Source: Octopus vulgaris (taxonomy: Eukaryota). Taken from it: a stretch of DNA of 64,000 nt. The DNA is taken from positions 128,836,001-128,900,000 of the forward strand of contig OX597817.1 of NCBI GenBank assembly GCA_951406725.2, given 5' to 3'. The notes below the pieces were generated by a model. The model ran no database searches and was not told the DNA's origin. It saw only the letters and a program-made list of their open reading frames with translations. The position numbers and the translations under genes are program-made. This document shows positions 40,921 to 54,225 of this stretch, piece after piece; the first letter of the stretch is position 1; the number at the start of each line of letters is the position of its first letter.

Positions 40921-41010
<90 letters not shown>
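40921..41010. repeat. (TATC)n microsatellite
   Basis: Read directly. Confidence 0.95.
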
Positions 41011-41011
<1 letters not shown>

Positions 41012-42216
41012 GTAGTGTATATTTAATGTATTTGACATCAGAAACTGAGAAATCTCAAAACAGTGAAGTGGACAGTCATATGTTAATTATGACAAAACTA
41101 AATAATTAAATATTAAAAAAATCAAATATCTTGGTTTCATCCAAAGGAAATCTTCAGCGGGAGCTCAATGATATCGAACATAAAACAATAGAAGCTATTT
41201 AACATCTAAAATTCAAAATTTTCTTCACATGAAGATCTCACATATTTTGAGAATAAAATAAAAAATGTTAAATAAATATATCGGTGGGTGTAGATAATAT
41301 ACTTTATATATTGTTTTTTGTGGGTGACATATTTGAAAGAGAATTTTCGGTGGACGAATTACATTGTTTTAACTCCCGATTGCACCGTATGTGTTTTTTA
41401 ATGCAGTAAGATATAAGAGAGGGCATAAAACATATAAAAGAGGGCATACCGCCAAAGGTGTGACCCCACCGACTTTGTTGATGCATAGCTTCCATGGATA
41501 TTTCTTAATGAAATTATCTAGAAATACGTTTCAGATGGTGTTGGTTTTGATTATATCAAAATATGCGGTGAAAACCTTTTTCCGAGTGTGCGGGGTGAAT
41601 AGATTTGAAAAATTCACGAGACGGCTTTCTTTACTCATAACTTTCTGACAAATGGGTATCAATAATACCTTTCAGAGTGTGTGGATTACGATTAAATCGG
41701 AATTTTATCTGAAAAAATATTTGGTGGGATTGAATACATACATACTGACACACGTCACATATATCTAGAAAAATGAAACATGAAGTTTCGAAAACAAAAA
41801 GTGATGTGTTTCACTATGTATGTGTGTGTGCTCAGAATCTTTTTTTTTTTTTTTTTCCTTTTTCGGGTCAAATACTGATATAATCGTAATTTATACACAC
41901 TTACAAGTATTTGTAAAACATCCCATTACAAAGTATCCATGTTTCTGAAGGTTATGAAGAAACAAAGCAACTCGGGTAAATTTTCTGAAACTCATCTTCC
42001 CAACTACAAATTTTTTCACCACAAATTCTGATATAATTATAGTCTACACAATCTGAAGAGTATATATGGAAAATTTCATTAAAAAATATCAGTTTTTGTA
42101 AACGTTATAAGACAAGAAATCCGGGGGAAGGCACACATGCGTAGGTATGCCTTAGATAGATTCCATTGTTAAACATATAAAATATATATTCTATTCTTAC
42201 ATACATACATACATAT

Positions 42217-42276
<60 letters not shown>

Positions 42277-43380
42277 GTATGTGTGTGTGTGTGTATGTGT
42301 CTGTGTGTATTTCTATATATATATATATATATATATGTATGCCTGTTTGCACACACATACACACACAGAGTCATAATTAACAGAGAAACCGTTTCATGAA
42401 GTTTTATTTAACAAGAAAATTCTAATATCACGACAGTAAGGAGCTTCATTTTATGAATACTACCGGATTACTTGAATCCATATATTGTTACTTAAATCAA
42501 TATGTATATATATATATATGTGTGTTACAACTTGAACTTACGACTACGTGTCATGTGTCATTTAGTCTATCGTGCGTGTGCGTGTGTGTGTATGATGATT
42601 AATTCTGATTTGTTCTTTTCCTATCTATAAACTTGCTGTAAAAGAAAACACTTGCCCGAGTTGCCACACAGTAGGACTGATCCCGGAACCATGTGGTTTA
42701 GAAGCAAGCTACTTACCACACTGCCTGTATATTCTTTTCTACTTTGAACACAAGGTCCGAAATTTGGGGGGAGGTGGCAGTCGATTAGATCGACCCCAGT
42801 ATGCAAATGGTACTTAATTACACCGCCTGTATATTATTGTCACAAAAATGATGTAAATGCTAATCTAAGGTGGGATTTGAACATAGCACATACTAAATGA
42901 CATAATAAAGATACCGCGCGACTTCACCGATAACTGATAATCTATGATTAGATAATATCGACTTGCATGAAACGATAACGTCACAAGTTTTATGTTACGA
43001 CGTCATCATTGTATGCGGTGAAATAAAAGTGTTTTGTCTAAACTGATGATTATAGGAATGAGAGAAGAATGTGTATTCACGTACAGGCTTACATATGTGT
43101 CTTCATGCTTATGCTCGTGAGCGTTTTTTATTTACACGTATATGTCAATATGTAAGAGTATGTGTACGAATTTGTGTATATGTGCGTATACACACACACA
43201 TATATATGTATATACATATATACATACCCATATACATATATACATGCATACGCACACATATCTATATACCTATATATACACATGTATGCATGTATGTATG
43301 TATGTATGCATGTATGTATATATGTATGCATATATATATATATATATATATATATACTGAAAAATATATATATACATATA

Positions 43381-43439
<59 letters not shown>

Positions 43440-43977
43440 ATATATATATATATATGCATATGTATGTATACATGCGTTTGGTGGGTGTTACTTGCTATTC
43501 AGTATACGCAGCTGTCTCTGCGAGTGTACGCCTGCGTCGTATGTATATATTTATACGTGTTTGTGAACCCATGCCAGTATGCTTATATGTACGTGTAACT
43601 GTATGTAGATATATATGTATATATGTATATATATTTGCATATGTGCACATTTGGTGTGCACACACGTCTATGCATGCATATATGTGTGTAGCGTGCATAT
43701 TTTCTATGTCTAGCTTTCATCTATGTCTACTCTACGCATGTATGCAATGGAAGAAAAACGAGACGGGTCGTTTGGAAAATTGTATTTATTTTTCTGAATT
43801 TTTATGTACTTTATCCACCCTTTTTATTCATTCTACAGTAACAAGAACAAGAAGGACAACAATAAAATCCACAAAAATCACGACAACGCAGTAAGTTTTA
43901 TACGAGTTGTGAATGAAGTCTATTGTGGACATGTCAAACATGCCACCGTGTTTAAACGCCTTCTACCTTTATTTATA

Positions 43978-44029
<52 letters not shown>

Positions 44030-44291
44030 CATATATATTTGTATATTTATATATGTAGATAGATAGATATATACACAGATATATATACACACATACATAT
44101 GTATACATATATATGTATACACTCACATACACACACATATATGTTTATATATATACATACATACGTACACATATATACATACGTGTATGCACAAACACAC
44201 GCATGCATATATATATGCTCGCACACATACACGCATGTATATAGATATATATATATAAAGAGAGAGAGAGAGAAAGAGTGAGAGAGAGAGT

Positions 44292-44394
<103 letters not shown>

Positions 44395-44584
44395 AAAATA
44401 TAGAAAAAGAAATAAAAAACGAACCCTTCCATGTCATCTAACCACGCCACCATTTTTGATTTAAAGAAACATGGAATGAAATAATGAAGAATGGCAACAA
44501 GATCATTTGTACAAGCAAGAATGATGACAAATAAGGACAATAATGATGATGATGATAATGGTTTCAAATTTTGGCACAGTGTTC

Positions 44585-44593
44585 ATAATAATG

Positions 44594-44676
<83 letters not shown>
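44585..44676. repeat. (AAT)n microsatellite
   Basis: Read directly. Confidence 0.95.
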
Positions 44677-45064
44677 TGAAAATTGAAGCAAGTATATAAT
44701 GTGAAATAGTGAAATAAATGAACGAGTATAGTAAAGATAAAAGAGGAAAAGAAAGAAAAGGAAGTGGAGATAAAAATAAGGAAGAAAGAAAGAAAGATAG
44801 AGTGGAATAAGAATGGAAATTAAAAAGTAAAGGATATACAGAAAGAAAAATGAAAATGGAAGTAAACTAAAAAAAAAAGAGAGTTACAAAAATGAAAAGG
44901 CGGAAACAGTGAAATATAGAATAAAATGAGAAAATAAACCTATATGGAATGAACGATGGATAGAATAAAGCCAGAAATGAAAAAAATTTCAAAAGGAAAA
45001 CTTACAAAAGTGAATCGAATAAGTTGGTTTATAGCAGTAAGTTTATAACAGTAACATCTCCATG

Positions 45065-45335
45065 TATCTGGTGTCCGAATTATGACGGTAATGCTGTTTG
45101 CGTATGTTAACACAGTTCTCCAGCATCCTGCCCCTTCAACTTCCGTAGTTTTCGCAATGGAGGTTCAGGAGGAGAGGTGAGAGAGCATGATAGTGAATAG
45201 TTATGATAGGTGACCATTCATCCTAACCACTATTCAGTTGTCGCTGTACATTGTGACAATCTAACGTTTGAAGACAGAACCAAAACTGTCTAGCGTGAGA
45301 TCAACCGCCAAGTATTGGTAGATGATCTTATAGAA
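45065..45335 (-). pseudogene. LINE (RTE-like) reverse transcriptase fragment
   Basis: TMYSDN*IVVRMNGHLS*LFTI..ALSPLLLNL (cf. LY..VRxNGxLS..F..CxLSPxLFNL). Confidence 0.65.
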
Positions 45336-45377
45336 AATTTTTGCTTAAAACTAAGAGTAGAATTTCCTTCTTGAGTT

Positions 45378-45609
45378 ATACTGACTCATAAGAGCCGGTT
45401 TCTCGGTTTTCCTGAAGTATATATGCCCTACCTGGATGGCACGCATGTCTGTCGCAGGATTACTCATTTTTGGCAGCTGAGTGGACTGGAGCATCGTGAA
45501 ATAAAGTGTTTTGCTCAAGAACTCAACGCATCGCCCGGTTCAAGAATCGAAACCACAATCTTACGATCATGAGTCCAACACCCTAACCACAAAGCCAAGC
45601 GCCTTCACC
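45378..45609 (-). mobile_element. tRNA-derived SINE family D
   Basis: Minus strand GGCGCTTGGCTTTGTGGTTAGGG..GGTTTCGATTC..TTCTTGAGCAAAACACTTT..CTGCGACAGAC..CATCCAGG. Confidence 0.75.
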
Positions 45610-45684
45610 AAAGCTCTTGATTGATCTAAACTGATCAGGGCCCCACACACACTGGAATTTCTCGCAGCCGAACGGAAACGTTTT

Positions 45685-46988
45685 GAAATTCGACCAATTG
45701 ACCATCTTGGAAGATCAGCTGACCGAAATTATCTATTCGAATAACTAATCATTTGGAAAAATTAGTTAACTAACCATTTGGGGAAATTAGTCAACTAACC
45801 GTTTTATGAAACTATTTCGATCACCTGTCCTTTCGAGGAAATTTGATCGACTGCTTGTTTCAGCAATTATGATCAACCGAACCGTTTATAAAACTGATAA
45901 TTCGAAAGTTTGCGTAATGAAGATTGGAAAATTACGTAACAGAAGTTAGAATAGAAAATGCGGTAGTATAACAAATGTTTTCATGTGGCTGTAATTAACA
46001 TAAAATTTCCATTAGTGAAATTCTTTGACAAGTAACTCGATCTAACATCCGATCAGAATTGATTAGAACTAGTCGGAACCGGTTGTAATCGGCTGAGCTA
46101 ATTTGAAATTCAAACAATTGATACTCTGAAGAAATTTAGAACTATTGGTTCAGGAAGATATATGATAAACTGATCATTTTATGAAATTCGTTCAACTGTC
46201 ACGTCAAGAAAATATAATCAATTGACTATTTGGAAAAATTCATTTAGTTGTGGGCATAGGAATAATTAAATCGTCTCACCATCTTATAAAATTCAACTAA
46301 TTGTCCGGTTGTATAAATTTGATCAATTGTCCATTTATGGAAATTTGATCAACTGACCAATTTATGGAATTCGATTGCACGTTTTTAGAAGTTCAATCAA
46401 TTGGCCATTTAAATTCGGCCAATTTTCTGCTATGCCAAATCCCATCAACTGACAATTTCGTGAAATTCGATCTAGAGTCTGCTTCCAAAAATTTGATCAC
46501 TTGTACGCTTTGGATAATTTAATCAACTGACCATATTTTGATTTCAGTCAGTTATCCATTTGCATAAATTCGATAAATTGTCCAGTTTGGGAAATTTGAT
46601 CAATAGTCCGGTTGCGAAAATTCGATCAGCTGTCTAATTGTGTAAATTCGATCAACTGTCTAATTGTGTATATTCGATCAACTGTTCATTTTGGAAACTT
46701 GATCAATAGTCCGGCTGCAATAATTTGATCAACTGTCTAACTGTGTAAATTCGATCAACTGTTCGTTTTGGAAATTCGACTAGCAGACTTCGTCTTGAAT
46801 TTTTGAATTTCTTTTAAGCTTCCGTTTGCAGAAATTATATCAATTGTCCGTTTGCAGGGACTCGATAAATTGACTGATTTACGAAATTCAATCAGCTAAT
46901 CATTTTCTGAAATTCGATTAATAATGTGTTTGCGCAAATTCGATCACTTGTACCATTAGAGAAATTCGATTAACTGATCATTTTCTGA
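45685..46988. repeat. Degenerate 25-26-bp minisatellite, consensus about AAATTCGATCAACTGTC(N)9
   Basis: For example AAATTCGATCAGCTGTCTAATTGTGT-AAATTCGATCAACTGTCTAATTGTGT-ATATTCGATCAACTGTTCATTTTGG at 46618-46694. Confidence 0.85.
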
Positions 46989-47076
46989 TATATATATATA
47001 CACATAATCAATGTAGGCAACGGTAAGTAAATATGTACCAAAAAACAAAACTATAACCGACATTAAGTATGACAGT

Positions 47077-47324
47077 ATGACTGAGGGTGTTAGAAACACT
47101 TACATTGCTAGAAAAAAAAGAGCTAAGCGCTCTAATGCTGCAGTTAAAGCACATAATTGTATACATACATGCTAACAGGTACCATAATCGCCCGCGACCG
47201 CTGCTATTCGGGTGATTACGGTCCCTGTTAGCATGTATGCATACAATTATGTACTTTGACTGCAGCATTAGAGCGTTGAGTTGTTATTTCTAGCAATGTA
47301 GATGTTTCTAACACCCTCAGTCAT
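47077..47324. mobile_element. Foldback / MITE-like long inverted repeat
   Basis: Arms 47077-47194 and 47209-47324 (about 117 bp, mostly complementary) with a 14-nt loop. Confidence 0.9.
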
Positions 47325-48509
47325 GTGTGTGTCTCTCTGTGTGTAATTATTTTATAAGAGTGATATGCCTCACATATCCTATTTAGCATCAAAAAGATAA
47401 AGCCTATAGAAACGCTTCTATGTGATCACTGGGTCTCTATAAATACTTGCTAAATCATTCTCCAACCAGACCATAATGTTTTTGATAAATGAATGACACA
47501 CAAGATAACGATGTCCTGGACACACTATATGTGAAAAAGATAGGATGTTAAAGGATGGAATGCCTTTGATAATAGGTTTAGCTCAACAGTACTGAGCTGG
47601 GAGTGATTCAAGAACCCAAACTCCACAATCTTACTCTTGACTAGGTTTAACTAAGTTACTTCTACTAGAAACATTTGAAACAAACGTTGAAGCCTCTTCT
47701 AGTCGTATTTTTATTTCTGCCTGTATTGATGGATAAATGTTCGAGACTAGCATCAGCTGCACCAATATTACAAGAAAGGAGCCTACGAATTTTTAATTAC
47801 TCTGGTGCCATAGACACTTTACGCAAAACTGAATCACTAATTAACCGAGCTAGTGTCAGTAATGAAAATTTACAGAAACCTAGATAATACATCGCAATGT
47901 GCAAAAGTAGCCTCATCTATACCGCAGTTTTCTTACCGTCACTCCAGCAGACGTGACTCTTATGTGTGTAGATAAAGATCTGACCAAGGGTAATTTCATA
48001 GTATAAGGAAAATTAGTAAGAGAAATAACTCAAAGTGACTCATGGAGAATAAAGACGAATTAAGGTGTATTAAATATCATATTGAATAAGATTTTGATTC
48101 ATTGAAATTATTTTCCCTTTAAGGGAAAACAAATGCTTCCTGACAACTACGACAAGTCCCAGAGAGAAAGGGAGATAATCCCAAGAATCAATTATTCTGT
48201 GAAATTGACATGACTTTTAGGAAAATATAGTTTGATTGTATGGAGACTAGATGACAAGTGTGGTTTATTTGTTTTTAGAGAATCTAACTGAGATATCATT
48301 TGAATAATGCTCTTTGAAATGAAGCTATAAGCTATGGAATAGCAGATAATTTCCACAACTCTCATACATAAACACGCGCACATTAGTATTTATTTAAGTG
48401 CGTATGTGCGAATGTATGTATATGCATATGTGTGTTTATAAGTTTCCATATATGCATATGTATTTGTGCATATGAATTTATATTTATATACATAGATACA
48501 CACATATAG

Positions 48510-48559
<50 letters not shown>

Positions 48560-49842
48560 GCATATACGTGTGAGAGCACGCACACATGTGTATGTGTGTT
48601 TGTGTGTATGTGTGCGTGCGTATGTGTGTGTGTTTGTGCGTGTGTGCATATGTGTGTGTGCGCGCGCGCGTATGTGTGTTTGTGTGTGTGTGTGTACTGA
48701 GACAAAGGAGGAGACACTGAGATTAGGTTATAAGTTATTTATCACAAATTAGCATTAAGCCGACGCTCGCTTAAGTGGTCTACTCTTTAGAGGTATATGC
48801 TTAAACTCACCTTGTCTTGTCTGAGTCTTTAGTGTTTCGGATTTTGTTTTGCCTGGAAGGAATTCAATAATTACCTTGTCTACTTCTTTATTGCGTGCGC
48901 TCAAAACAACCTTCGCGGATTAAAAACCTTCAAACAGGCCCTTTCTATGAATAACATCACACTAACTTAGTAAAGCAACCCTGTGCATAAGGAAGAACGT
49001 GATGGTGATTAGAAAGAAATTTAGAATAAGAATATAACTCCGCTAATGCTGCTGATGAGGCTATTGTTGGCAGTGTTGTTCTTGTTGCTGTTTTTTTTAG
49101 CCTCAGGTCCTTGCTGATCGAGCAAACCTATTATCATAGCCGTGACTCTAACTAACAGTTATTTTTTGGGGGGTTTATTTTTACATAAGGCCACATCATC
49201 GAATGTATCTTTATTATATGTTAAGACATAGTGTGTGTTTTGAGTCGGCTGCTATTTCTTATGTACCGAGCCACCAAATAAAAATCCACTTATTGGTTCG
49301 CTGGAAATATTTTTCATACAATTTGTCATCCTGAAAAGTTAACTCAACAGCTAATAGGGTTACAGATGGAGCATATAACGAGGAAAGAAACTAGCACTCA
49401 ACCTGCAGAAAATGTCAGCCAAGTGCCATCTTAATTATTGTACTGCTTTTAGATTGGAAGTACTCATTGCATAATCTTATTCATTGCCTGGAAAAATGTT
49501 CTGAATGCATATGATCAGAACGTGTTGAAATTAGGTTGACCTAGCGTTAAGAATAAACACCACTGCAATAAAGGTTTAATAAGTAACTAATTATGGCCAA
49601 CTCGAAAATCTTTTCGTTCACTAAGTGTTGGTAATTTTTGAGGTCAAACTACTGAGAAGGGTCTTAGACGGGAGAACAATTTAACGTTTTGCGTAGACAA
49701 ACCTCGAATTCACGCACACAAAAAGAAAAAAAATCAACTATATTGCAGCTTTATTCTTTAGTCAATAACATTTATAATTTTTCTAAACCTTATAAATATT
49801 ATCGCCCATCCCATAGATACCATAGAATCATAAATAGAAATA

Positions 49843-50412
49843 CAAGGTAGGTGGAAAGTTACTAGGCATTAGAAATTGCTTATAGAATTTTTAGTGTCAT
49901 TGAAGTCATAACTAAAACATTTTTTAAACAAACAACACTAATGAGGATTTCTTATTTTTTTATTATCTTAGTTTCCAGACGGTCGGTCGTTTGACAGTTC
50001 AGGAGCGAGCTAAAATAGCAGCACGCTATGAAGTGTGGAATTCCATTGTTTTTGGTTCAGAGATGGTGGCATGCATGGAAAAGTAAGCATGCAACACTAT
50101 GTCCGGGAACAATAAAAAGCTGTCATGCAAAGCTGATGACCACGGGCTCTGACCACAATGCAAGAAGTGGTCATCCAACCATATCCCGATCAGTGGAGAA
50201 TGTGGTAACAGTACAGGAAATGCTTAATCGCAGCCCACAAAAATCAACACGTCAAGCAGCTCGTGAGAGTAAACTAACAAGACACGTACGGTGTTGCAAA
50301 AAGAATTGAATTTTCGTCTGTGGAAACCCCATTACGTGCAGGAGCTAAAGCCTGAAGACTGTGACTGCAGGATGGAATATGGAGAGTTAATGCTAGGTTG
50401 GTATGAAGACTG
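49843..50412 (+). mobile_element. Tc1/mariner-superfamily element 5' part (Tc3/maT-like N-terminus), truncated
   Basis: TA|CAAGGTAGGTGGAAAGTTACT end; LTVQERAKIAARYEVWNSIVLVQRWW..TTGS..RSGHPTISRSVENV..RSPQKSTRQAARE. Confidence 0.75.
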
Positions 50413-50414
50413 AA

Positions 50415-51063
50415 TTTTTTAACTACCAGTGGACTTTAGCTGTTCCTTCTAGCGTAAGGTAGCGTAAGTCCACTTAATGTGTTTAAATGTACACTGTATT
50501 TTATATGAATAATATATAGTCTATTGGCTAATTTTTCTATACGCTAGGCAACTGGTAGTAAAAAAAATTCTTAAATCTTTATTACTCTGATATTATTAAT
50601 TATGTATAAGGATTTCTGGAGAATTCGTTCGAAGAAATTGCCGGCATATTTTGCTGCCGACAAAAAACTGCGCTTGTGCGGTGGATTTGAAAAAAATTAA
50701 AATGCATAAGCAAGAGGCACATACTGGATTGGCTTCGTGTTTATATATTTAATCTTGGCATACCTGTTGACGAAGACTTCGTCTGGCAAATTATTTTATT
50801 TCCTAAAAAAATGTCAGAAACCGGTCCACAAAATAGATGGCAAATGTTTTTATTTTTCATTCCCTTCGAAAATTAATCCCTAATTAGTGGTTTGGACTTT
50901 AGGTGTACTTTCTAGCGTAAGGTAGTCCTATGATGGACACCTCTTAATGTGTTTAAATCTACACTGTATTTTATAGGAATAATGTATAGTCTATTGACTA
51001 ATTTTTCTATACGCTAGGCCACTGGTAGTAAAAATATTTCTAAAATCTTTACTACCCTGATAT

Positions 51064-51071
<8 letters not shown>
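50415..51071 (+). mobile_element. Partial tandem (1.4-unit) repeat with inverted 5' tip and decayed hammerhead; Penelope pLTR/retrozyme-like
   Basis: 50430-50601 repeats at 50893-51071; 5' TTTTTAACTACCAGTGG is an inverted copy of CCACTGGTAGTAAAAA (51019-51034); TTGACGA..TGGCA/TGTCA-GAAACCGGTC at 50767-50826. Confidence 0.6.
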
Positions 51072-51110
<39 letters not shown>

Positions 51111-51112
<2 letters not shown>

Positions 51113-51273
51113 GCACAGGAGTAGTTTGTGTGGTTAGAAACTTGCTTCCCAACCACATAGTTCCACGTTCAGTTCCACTGCGTGGCACCTTGGGCAAATG
51201 TCTCCCACTATATCCTCCGGTCAACCAAAACCTTGTAATTGGATTTGGTAGACGGAAACTGAAAGAAGCCCGT

Positions 51274-51353
<80 letters not shown>

Positions 51354-51440
51354 GTGTGTGTGTGTGTGTGTGTGTGTCTGTGTCTGTGTTTGGATGTGCG
51401 TATTTGTGTGTCTGTGTTTGTTCCCCCACCATTCCTTGAC
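51111..51440 (+). mobile_element. SINE family B, 3'-truncated
   Basis: Head, linker and start of tail. Confidence 0.85.
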
Positions 51441-51543
51441 ATATTATTTTATATATAAAAGATGGAGGTGGAAATAACACAGAACAGAATCATTTCAATT
51501 TAAAAAAGAATTTAATAACATGATTTAAAAATTATAGAAAGAA

Positions 51544-51586
51544 AATATTACCGGTTTCGATGATGAATCTCATCTTATCAAATATT
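51544..51586 (-). ncRNA. Minimal hammerhead ribozyme motif, U3-A8 compensatory core
   Basis: Minus strand AATAT-TTGATAA-GATGA-GATTCA-TCATC-GAAAC-CG-GTA-ATATT; perfect 5-bp helices I and II; palindromic ACCGGT. Confidence 0.75.
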
Positions 51587-51665
51587 AGTAAAAAATTTAT
51601 AAAAATTTTAAATAAAATCAATTTCTCTTCGTCCTGGGGGGAGACGTCGAAAACATGCCTGGTAC

Positions 51666-51769
<104 letters not shown>

Positions 51770-52722
51770 GTTATATATAGACATGCACGTATACATTCAT
51801 TCAAAATTGCTATCCCACCCCAAGACAAAACAATAGCAAGTAAAACTATTTAACTCAAATTGTTTCTGATTACAGATATAACGATGTCAACCACGACCAT
51901 GATCGTGGTGGCGTTGTTGTTGTTGTTGTTGTTGTTTGTGGTGGTGGTGGTGGTGGTGGTGGCTGTGTCGGTAGTGATCGTCGTTGTTGTCGTAGTATTT
52001 ATTATTAGTAGTTGAGAATGTATACAACGTTAACATGACATTAGGGGCGACAACTGACACAAGAACAACAATAGCAATGAAAAGAAAGCACAATAAGAAA
52101 ATATACACTGTATGTGTGTGTGTGTGTGTGTGTGTGTATGTATATGCATGTGCTTATGTGTATGTGTCTCTGTATGTAACAAAAATGACAAGTAAACAAA
52201 ACAAAAAAAAACAAATATCAAGTCAGAGGACAATGACATAGAACAAGGCATTTGTATTCGTTGATGTTATTGATGTTGTTTCTATAGTGAAATTAGAATT
52301 ACGACCCTTCGTGAAGAGAATGAGAAAATGAATGAAATACGATAGATAAATGAAAATAAATACGATCCATTGAAATAAAAAGATTCAAAACACCCACAAA
52401 CTAAACTAAACAATGTATCAGACAATACTTGAAAGATCTTAAATTATCAGTTCTTGTATCACTAGAAAATTCCCATGATGCTTTGGTGTATAAGAATATC
52501 GTTAGCATTATTTTCTTCTCAGAATGAAGGTTTATATATTTTTGTTCCTTTCATTCTATCTTGCTGCATATTATTTTATTTTATTTTTATTTCATTTTAA
52601 ATTTTCATATTAAACTTTACTGTTGTTTTTAAATATTTAGTGTTGCTTTTCGGTTTTGATCACCAAGAATTACTGTATAGATTTGAGTAGATATACATGC
52701 ATCAAGATTTGCATAGGCATAA

Positions 52723-53137
52723 AGGTGGCGAGCTGGCAGAAACGTTAGCACGCCGGGCGAAATACGTAGCCATATTTCGTCTGCCGTTACGTTCTGAGTT
52801 CCAATTCCGCTGAGGTCGACTTTGCCTTTCATCCTTTCGGGGTCGATAAATTAAGTACCAGTTACGCACTGGGGTCGATGTAATCGACTTAATCCGTGTG
52901 TCTGTCCTTGTTTGTCCCCTCTGTGTTTAGCCCCTTGTGGGTAATAAAGACATACGTTAGCACGCGGGGCGAAATGCTTAGCGGTATTTCGTCTGCCTTT
53001 ACATTCTGAGTTCAAATTCCGCCGAGGTCGACTTTGCCTTTCGTCCTTTCGGGGTCGATAAATTATGTTCCAGTTATGCACTGGGGTCGATATAATCGGC
53101 TCCTCTGTGTTTAGCCCCTTGTGGGCAATAAAGAAAT
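52723..53137 (+). mobile_element. SINE family A dimeric composite with 19-bp TSD
   Basis: TSD AAGATTTGCATARGCATAA at 52704-52722 and 53138-53156. Confidence 0.9.
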
Positions 53138-53798
53138 AAGATTTGCATAAGCATAATATATATACTTAGATAGATAAATAAATAGATAGACGTTAGTGTT
53201 AAAGAGAAAGAAAAAGTGTTTACGGGTATACATATGTGTGCGCATGCGAGCGCATCTTTGTCTGTGTGTGTGTGTGCAAGTGTGTGTGTGTGTGCAAGTG
53301 TGTGTGTTTATTAACACGTCTGGAACAATCGACCTAAACCTATGTAACAATGTACATTTTCCTATGGCAGTTATAACCTTTCGAGGAAAACAGAAATCCA
53401 ATATTTGAAACTTTGCGATTTCGTGTCTATTCTATCTTTTCCACCGTCTAGTTGTAAAAACTACATATATTTACTAACACTGTTTGTTTATCTGCTGATC
53501 ACCCAATAAATTTATATGTAATACGTTTTTAAGAAATAAGTCACTGAAAAATTCCCATCTTTGTGTAGAGCATATGTTTAATTTTTTTAATATTCTGTCG
53601 ACGAATACATATTCATAAATAGGTTTAACTTATACATCGATCCTGAAGTTCACTCAGTTTCAGTATAAGCATTAGCTGAAGCAGTGTTGACTGTCTGTCG
53701 CTCTTACCGTAGCTTCAACGATTTCAGCCGCTCTGAGTTAACTGGATAAAACTTATTGACTCCCCCTCTCAGATATCGTCCTATCTTTTATTATATCC

Positions 53799-54180
53799 TT
53801 TCTGTATTGCTTTGTCTGACTGTATTTTTCTTAGCCACCGAAATAACGAGGTCCAACTTGGACATCAAATTCATAAGCGATATTAAAATGATGTCAAATA
53901 TTATCATTGCTGAAACAGAAATATCCAGAGGACATGCGACGTTCCTATACTGCTCATACTGGAGCCTTGTGTACCCTAAGATGCTCTAGGCTCCAGTATG
54001 AATAATACTAGACGAGTAGAGGCGAAGTGTACTTAAACATGAGCTAACGAGTGTGGTTTTACCCATTATGTAGATGGGAAACCTTTTCAAATAACTTGTT
54101 AAATTTATCGAATGATGTTATAGCTATCTATTCCTTTCATATCAAAGTATCATCTTCGTAGAACGTCTCTGATACCTCTG

Positions 54181-54225
<45 letters not shown>

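Noticed and set aside
41050-42100. Possible non-autonomous DNA transposon
   Set aside because: Composition is suggestive, but no TIRs, TSD or coding motifs could be fixed by eye
45685-46988. CRISPR array
   Set aside because: Repeats are degenerate, spacers are only about 10 nt and related to each other, there are no cas genes, and the context is eukaryotic
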